Of a stretch of DNA of 64,000 nt, positions 55,866-64,000 are shown piece after piece. Origin of the DNA: Macrostomum lignano (Eukaryota); assembly GCA_002269645.1 (NCBI GenBank), contig NIVC01000957.1:62001-126000 (forward strand), read 5' to 3'. The number at the start of each line of letters is the position of its first letter. Position 1 is the first letter of the stretch. Position numbers and translations under genes: made by a program. Below the pieces are notes generated by a model. It was not told the origin of the DNA. It ran no database searches and worked only from the letters and a program-made list of their open reading frames with translations.

Positions 55866-58800
55866 CTGCAACGTCGATTTATTGTTGCGCTCTCACTTTC
55901 GGCCGATTTTAGACTTCAAGAAGACCACCCCAGGAGGAACAGATCTGCGAAACGAGCTCTACAGACGCGCGCGACAAAGAAGAGGAATAAAAAAACGAGC
56001 TCGGAAAACCTGCCCGACAAAGATGAGGAGCCGGCAACAGTAAGTGATTACTAAATTCTGTTCCCAGCCTTAGGGTCAAGAAGTGGGAGTTCGAGCGCTT
56101 AGACACTAGACATATTTTATTTCAAGCTCGAGGACCGTCAAGAATTCTGATTCGCTCTCGTTTTGGTCGACCCACAGATAAAGTTAAGGACTCTAAGAGA
56201 CAACAGCTATTCACCGAAACCGACCGCTGCCAACGCTCAGCAAACTAGCCAGCCCTACAACCAACAAGACTCCGTCGACTACAGACCGCAAGAGGATCCG
56301 CTGCAGTAAGAGTTTTTCGATTTTGTATATACCTAGGCACTTGTTTCTCAGTGTCTAGAAGTGGGAGTTTTTGAGTGACTGATCACCGGCTGACTTTGGC
56401 ATGAATTATCTGAGAGGATTGGAAAAGATCCACAGGCCTAACGACCACTAGCTACCAGGCTGTCCTGTCCTTACATTGTGCTTACATTTGAATTATTAGT
56501 TTCAACAGATGCAATGAAACAAAAATATGTGCCAGTTTTGTGCCTAGAATTCCCTTTTAATATCATTGGTAATTAGTTGCACACAGTTTACTTTTATCCG
56601 ACCCAGCTTTTTATTAAAATGATTGACAGGACAGCACAGTGTTGATTAGTGCCTACCGACTCTTAAGACAGGAGTCCAGCCGGGATGGAATTAAGGTAAC
56701 TTTAATATATGATTGTTCATTAGAAGAACATACCTCTAATTATGATTTAAAGTTTGCTTACTGTGTCGTGCACTTTTGCAGTGCGAGTGCACCCCTTTGG
56801 TTAGGGTGCAGTTTGCAGTAGCCTAGGCTTTTGCAAGTCCCCCCTCCCGAGTGCGTGGCTGGCATGCTGGTGTGCTGGCTTTGTGTTTTGTTTGCCGCGT
56901 TGCTGATTGGCTACAGCCAGCTTTGCCCTTTGTTGTTGTATCTGTGGTTGGAGGGCTTGTGGCCTTCCCCCTCCGCAGGCAGTAGCTATTTAGCAGCTCC
57001 CGCCGGGTCTTGGGGCTGTGATGCACTCTTCCTTCTCCTTTGCTCCTTACCCTAGCCCTAGATCAGCTTCGGTCAGACGAGTTTTGTGAACTAAATAAAC
57101 CATTAGCAAGGCCATCACTTACACTGGCTGGGCATCAGCCTCTATCAGTTACCAGGTAAGTGCATTGTCTGTCTTCTATCATTTGGTTGCCTAGGAGAAT
57201 CAAAAGCCCAAGTGTCCTGATGCCAACCTAGGTTAGACCTATCAATAGTATATTGCATCATCTGTATATTAGCCTGTGCATCCTGATGCCTTGATTGGCA
57301 CTCCAGTGCCCTGATGCGGGTGACAGTCACGTGGGTGCACTCTGATGTCCCAGACACAGGGAAATTGTAAGCAAGCACTAGTGTCTCGACAAATTAGCAA
57401 AATGACTAGTATAATGTACTTTTAGTGTACCCTATGTCCCCTACAGACCCTGTAGGCAAGGGATGCAGGGATACAACAGCGCTGAATGCACTGGAATGAA
57501 TTTAGCACATAATTTATTATATTAGATAGCGTTTGACAGTAAGAACATAATCCAATATATATTCAACTTCTAGGTAAATATCTTTAACTATGATTGGATG
57601 ATATTGCCAAAAACACTGGGAATCATTGGTTGATTAGTGTGGTTGATATAAGGCAAGAAAATATTTGTGTGCAACAATGCCCCAAGCGTAAACACTAGTA
57701 GTGCAATTTGCGCATTACAGAACTTTTTTTAAATATAGAACATTGACAGCATTTAATTTCTTGCAGCACACTTAATATTGTCAAGCTAAGTATGCTGCAA
57801 CATATGCTTTTGCCAACCTATTTTGCTACCAAAAGGATATTAATTTTAATTATAAACTTTCTAAATTGTTTTTGGATTTTGTGTTTTTATTTATATTTAG
57901 ATACACTAATTTTTATAAAAATATTAAAATATATAGGTACCACTGCCAATATAGAACATTTAGAATATATTTTCACAACAAAAATCTAATCTAAGGTCTA
58001 TTTCTGCTGTATTTTGAATTCATTTCTTTATTTTTAATGCATGCACATTTTTAAATAGCTTATGGTTTTAAAACAAATTTGGAATTTACTTTTGTTTTTG
58101 CATTGTAGATAGTGATAAATTGTTATTAATTAATTAAAAACATGCCTCCACCTTTTCATCATTCAGGCATTAGATAAGTATTGCTCTGCCAGATTCTTGT
58201 GATAGATCTACCAAACACCCTTACTTCCCTCTTCAAGCAACATTAGTCAAACTTGACTAGGCAGAAGGTCCACCAAGGCTCAGCAATAACCTTTTTGTCC
58301 TTTATTTGTCCTTTTCCTCAGACCCCCCTGCTTACTACTCACAAAAGGCTTTAACTTTAGTCCTGCCAATGCAAATATAAACCTCTTGAAAATATAGTCA
58401 AACACTCTTGAATTCAACCTTTGGCTCTATTAGGTAGACTTTTTCCTTTTTAAGGCCCATACTATATTTCCCCCTGACACCCAGATCACTATAAAAACAT
58501 TCTAGATAAGGCTAACTCCCTCCCAAACATTTCTCCCCATCCTTTCAACCTTATTGCCATTAAGTTTTCTGTCCTAAAAACCTACTCAATGATCCCTACA
58601 TAGTGGTTAGGAGTTCTGACAAGGGCCCACATCATTGACATCATTGATCCACAAGTCAAAGACTACACTTTTGAAGCCTTCACACTTCAGTTTGTTTATG
58701 AGAATAATATCTGGAATGCTTAAAGTTAAAGAACAACGCAAATTGGCACAACATGAAACAAAGCTTAAGTCTTCCCTCAAAGAAGTTGTAATGAAGCAAT

Positions 58801-60002
58801 GAAGCAATTGGAGTATTATAAGTGACTAACTAACACTGAAACCAAACTGGAGAGCAAGAAGAAGGAATGCAACTACTTGGCTACCTTCCTACAAAAATAG
58901 AATATTGCAATGCTTGCTTATGTTGAGGATATTGCTTTGGGTTAGCCACCTGTAGAGCAACTTTACAAATGGGACAATGGCTCTGCTTAGTACCTAGATA
59001 AACTAACTATGGACCTAAGGGTTAATTCAAAGTTAATTCAAAATTAACATATATCTAAGCGACTAAGCAAAAGGAGGGTTACAGTTAAGTCTAAAGTTAA
59101 ATTTTAGTTGATACTAATTTCTAGGCTTAAAAGTCTAGCTTTTAGGGTGGATACAATTTGCTTTAAATGTTTTTTCCTTAAAATAGGCCTACTAACAATG
59201 ATGGCTAATAGATAAAAGTACAAGGTCAAAACCTATACTTAGCAACATCAAAAAGTTGCCATTACAGAAGATTCTGTCTGTGATCACCACTTTTGAAAAT
59301 GGAAGTAAAGCCTTTGAATCTTGTGAGCAATGCAACTTGTTGCTCCACCTCAGACTTGAATTGAGGAATGAAGTAAGGGAGCAATGTGCAAAACAAGGGT
59401 TGGATGGATTAAAGCTACCCTAGGGGGGGGCTATTCAGTTTTCTTGTACCTTTTGGCTTTTATTTATTTTAGCCTAATATTTTAGGTAGGCCTAGTCTAA
59501 GATAAATTCCTCACTGGCGCATAGGGTGGCAACTTTTCAATGTTGCTGAGTTACATGTAGTTTATTCAATAAAATTATTCCTTTTTTATTGCTAGCTTAT
59601 GTATTGCTTCTATATCTATGAAAAATGGAATGCCTTTGCGAAAAAAGCTTCCACATATTAATAAGACATGGTAGAATCAGTCAGACAGAAATCAAACTTA
59701 CCTCCACGTCCACATTGGGTCCATATTAACTAGGCCTAACCTTGTTTAATTTATCTGGGCTTCGCGTGTCAGAGCTGCAGGCTGGCTTCATAGTTTTTAA
59801 CTTGAGCATCGACTTATTTTATTTATCGAGATGATCGCTCGTATACAGCCCTTCGCATTCTGTGCTTCGCACCACCTTTAAGTTAGCACACGCAAAAACT
59901 TCACTAATCGATAATTTTCAAATGGAGTGCCGATAAGTATAGATTGGATGACCAATCGCTGTTAGCGAGGACGGGGTGGTTGCCGCCGCCTGTATATATT
60001 TA

Positions 60003-60622
60003 ATGGCAGTGCTTATCCCCACGGTACTGTAGGAATAATTTCTGTCTTATTTCAACGGTACCATGGGAATAATTTTCTGCTTATCCACACAGCACACTGA
60101 CGAGATAGCTGCCATATCTTCTACATATATATATACATGCTGTACGTGAATAGCAAGGACGACTTAAGTAGGACGGGAAACCTCGTTTCTTAGAAAATTT
60201 TTGAAGGCACTTTTTCCCGAAAAAATACACTGCGGAGATGGGAAATTTTTATTTTTTCAGCACAAAAATTGCTATAACTTTTGATAGGAGGCAGATCCAG
60301 TGCTCATCTTTTGATATGTTGTGCCTTTTTTATTGCTCTATCGATATTTATAAAGCTTTCCGTTCAGAAAATTAGGATTCTATGTTAATTTTTTATTCTA
60401 CGTATATTTTCATGTGCCTTGTGCTTGAAATACATTAGAATGCCACGGCTTGGCTCTTTGGTTTTATGAGTCTATTTTTATCCTTCTTACCTGACTGTAT
60501 AGCAAATAGTCGTAACATAGATGATAAAATAGATTCATAAAACCAAATATTGGAGCTATTTAGACATAATAATTATAAGACAGAAATTATTCCTACGGTA
60601 CCGTGGGGATAAGCACTGCCAT
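60003..60622. mobile_element. 620-bp MITE with 48-bp TIRs
   Basis: ATGGCAGTGCTTATCCCCACGGTACTGTAGGAATAATTTCTGTCTTAT (60003-60050) is inverted at 60575-60622 with one mismatch. Non-coding, AT-rich flanks. Confidence 0.85.
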
Positions 60623-62344
60623 ATTTAATTCATTTAGCCAAAGATGATCTTTTTACAGGCAACGTACATAGGCAAGATCAACAGATCTTTTCCCAGGCTA
60701 GCCTGGAGATATTTTGATCTTTTTTCCAGGCTAGCGTACTGCCGTCGGGTGTTTTGGTGATCTTTTGGCTGGCCCACTTATTTAATTATAACTCACTGTT
60801 TGCGTAAGGATGAGTTTGTCAATGCACTACTGGGTCTCCCTAAAACACGCACCGCACCGCCCCTAACCGCTACACATTATAACATTTTTCGTCAATGCAG
60901 TATTTGACTGCAAAGAAAACTTTTTGTTGTAAGAGAAATGGAATAAATAACTTTGATTATTATTTTTCATATTCTCGTTTTCATTAATAAATTATATTAT
61001 ATATCACTTATATTCACCGAATTTTATACTTCAAAGTAATGATGGGTTCGGCCTTTATTAAGCCTGTGGCTTCGGGCCTCAGAACTCAGAAATGAATCAC
61101 TGAGAGCTCTGGCCTCTCACTCCTGTCAGATGGTCAGCCCCATGGTAGCTAGATTGTGGGCGAGCAGCAAGGTCCTATAGCTAAGAGAAGACAGCGAGAG
61201 ACAAGCAGGGAGAATTTGAGAGGTAGAGATTAGCTAATCCGCAGATTAACTAACACGCTGCCACCAGTCCGTGCGCCCCGGCTCACCAAACCGGAGCTAT
61301 CGAAATCGGACTTCCGACTAGAGGGGCACTGCACTTACCTGCCATCTAGTGTCTTTTAGCTGTCTAAATCTCGAAGTCATATAGCCGAATAGAAGGGACG
61401 CTGCTGGGACTAAGATCGCATTGGCCTTGCAGGGACAGAGAGGACTTCTGCAGGGGATTCTTTCGCTGGCGAGCCTTTATACACACTGACAGTACTATTT
61501 CATTACCAAATTCCCAGAAGTACATGTACAAGTACACGCAACTGCACTCTTTTGGCACTAAATGTGTTAACACGTCGACAGATAGCGATGATGTAGATGC
61601 ATTGTCACTTTCGGAGATCGTTAGACTAATATTTAGCTTACTTTGGCCGCTTAACTGCCTGTGACCGCGCCAAAGCGCCGGTCTGGCTCTTAATTTGCAT
61701 ACTTAACATAATGATTTCTTAGATCGACTGATTGACTGGGAACTGTGCCGCTTCCGGTCCACCGTGACCTCTGCCTCTAGATTTAGCCGCTCATCTCAGC
61801 TGGCATTGCGAAAAAGAAAGAAAACGCTAATTCTTTAACTTCCGGATTTAACTTTCTCACTTAATCCGCAATCCTAAACACTTTAGACTGAGTTAGAGCA
61901 AATGGCTACTTTTAATATTAACTGACACTTCTGCCTCAAGATTGGCACACAAAAGCAAGCAAGCAAAAGTGCAAATCCCATCAGATTGCCTAGGAAGGGG
62001 TCAGGCAAAGAGTGCACCCAGTTAAGCAGGTCAAGAGAGCCTCTCAACAAACCAATCAGAGGACCTATCTGCCGGTAGCCAAGGAATCCACAGAGACCAA
62101 AGCGCTCAGATGGGATGCTGTTGCTGATCTTGACTGACGATTGCCGCCGCTGCTCTTCGCTTTTTGATGGTCGTTGCTGCTCTCAGATCACTGCCAGGAG
62201 ATATTGATGATGCTTCTCAGGGGGAACTTAGCTGTTGGAGCCGAAACTGCCGGGGAAAGGGGGATCAGGTCGGCAGGACCAGAAGAGGAAGCAGCAGGGC
62301 AGGGAAGGTCCCGGAGGAGGCGGGTTACTCGAGCGCGGGTCGAG

Positions 62345-62475
62345 TTGCCGCCTTTTATAGCTCTCACGCGGCCGATTTGTTATAACGCACGACGAATTTT
62401 CCGATTGGCTGAGAGCTTTTGTTAAAATAGGCGCCGAATTTTCTGATTGGTCGAGCCGGGGGCAGTCAGGTCGAC
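62345..62475 (-). promoter_or_regulatory. Pol II-type promoter (three CCAAT boxes + TATAAAA), probably of an LTR-like relic
   Basis: ATTGG at ~62405, 62446 and 62480 and CTTTTATAG at ~62352 on the plus strand, i.e. CCAAT boxes upstream of TATA on the minus strand. Confidence 0.4.
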
Positions 62476-64000
62476 TCTGATTGGCTGAGCTCAAGACCCC
62501 AAAACCCACCCCACCAGGTGGCCTTCAGACCCCAGGGAAGTTGACAGGTGCGGTCATAAATCATTAGCAAAACATAATAAAAATCACTTGTCTAGACATC
62601 CTGACGCCAAAAGTGACAGCAAAACGCCCATAAATCAAAGGAGAAAGCAACAGAGCGAGTGGGGGGAAAGCTGGAAAGACCTCTTTGACCCAGACAGGCT
62701 GGAGCCAAAAGTGACAGCTAGACGGCCATAAATCACTGAAAACAGTAAAAAAGCCACAAATCTGGGGGGTCAGAACGAGGTTGAAAACGCCCCTCCAAGA
62801 CTTAGTGTCGCCTGTCTAGACTGCTAGAGGTCAATCCGTCTCAAACCCAGACAGTCTGACCTTCAAAGATGCGTAAACAATCCAAAATTAGAGTCTTAAG
62901 AGAAGTACATTGAGTATCTAACAGAATCAATAGTAATGGCATAAATTAGTATAGAACTAAGCCTAGATGAGAGAATGGAAAGAAGTTCCTAAGCTAGCCT
63001 ACTGACAGTAGGGGAAAAGCGCATCGAAGCAAAATGTGCGGTTCTGAGATTGAAAACAGGTGCGTCCCCATCAGTAAAAAACTAAATTTAATAAAAACTT
63101 GAAGCTTAACAGAAAACGCATTTTAAAGTGTCTTCAGTTATAGTCCAATTTGTTTTAATGTGTAGCCCTGCGGGGCGGTGTGGTGTGTGTTTTAGGGGGA
63201 CCCTGCACTACTGAGTAATCGAGTTAAGTAGAGTAGAGTATAACGAAAATTGTTGTGAGAAATCTGCAAAATGTGATCGACCTTTGCATTGCATCCCTCT
63301 TTTCTGTCAGAGAAAAAATCTACATAATAATTTGAGCTGTTTTGCTGTCTGTTGATATTTTCGAGAATCGTCTCTAGAATCGCTCTAAAAAGTTTCAGGT
63401 GGTCATGCATAACATTTTTTTCGATGAAAAAATCGATTTAGGAAGCGGGTCAAATATTCGAAGAACGATGCTTCTTAATGCTTTTTGAATAAGCGCTGGA
63501 TGGTCATGATGAGGACGCACTTTTTTCCAAATCCCGCGCTAGCACATGGGTTCTAAACTTGACTAGCCTACAAACAGTGGGCAATGGGCATTTTTATCCT
63601 TTTTCTGCGAATTGTCATAGAATCTATACTAGATATAATGTTTGGTTATACTAGTAGTCATATAACATAGGCGCAGCTTTTTGGGTCATAAATCATCGCT
63701 TTCGAAGCTGGTCTGACAGCCACCTGCGCCTCACTCATGTTGAGGCGGGCGCCAGATGGTCTCAGAGGATGCGAGCGGTAGCTTTTTTCTCATCATTTTG
63801 ACAGGCCATCAAGATTTATGAGGTCAGAGCCTATTGTTCGTGTTCACTCAAGCGTGCGACAGCTTTGACAGCTATGCGTTCTACCCCTAAAAGTACTTTT
63901 GGGATTAGCGATTAGTGATTTCTCTTGATTATCTTCACTTTCTATTTAATAAGAGCTTTCTAATGTATATTTTTTCATTAATTTTTGTCAATTCTACGCG

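Noticed and set aside
55144-56320. LTR (TGTGAC...) with a tRNA-Arg-like PBS TGGTGAGCC and short spliced exons
   Set aside because: There is no second LTR, TSD or gag/pol sequence to confirm it, and the PBS match is imperfect.
57120-59990. Host gene or LINE remnant in the AT-rich tail
   Set aside because: Only short ORFs without recognisable motifs; I cannot support a call by eye.
1-64000. Prokaryotic operon reading of the ORF track (GTG/TTG starts)
   Set aside because: GT-AG introns restoring conserved motifs, LTR elements and Pol II promoter motifs show the DNA is eukaryotic. Many listed starts are exon-internal.

Overview
This is eukaryotic, intron-containing invertebrate-like DNA made almost entirely of nested mobile elements; I found no recognisable host gene. 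From left to right: (1) An apparently intact 7-exon Helitron Rep/PIF1-helicase gene plus a 2-exon RPA70-like gene, ending in a hairpin+CTAG at 7192. (2) A young Ty3/Gypsy element (8871-14444, minus strand, AAGAG TSD) with a solo LTR in its 3' LTR. (3) A decayed EnSpm/CACTA-like transposase with a divergent spliced partner ORF. (4) Four partial copies (A-D) of a Polinton/adintovirus-like endogenous virus, together supplying pPolB, rve integrase, packaging ATPase, major and minor capsid, a parvovirus-type PLA2 and core/membrane-active proteins. They are damaged by further insertions, and a second 5'-truncated Gypsy lies between inverted copies B and C. (5) AT-rich DNA with a MITE. The standout is an ~8.08-kb element (18451-26531) inserted precisely into a small Polinton ORF, whose empty site is visible twice elsewhere in the window. 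It encodes a spliced zinc-finger/tyrosine-recombinase protein and a CRESS-virus-like Rep whose SF3 helicase Walker motifs are intact but whose HUH nuclease looks degenerate. It has inverted arrays of subterminal motifs, no true TIRs and only a 2-bp GC overlap. All protein assignments come from motif recognition by eye; no searches were run.
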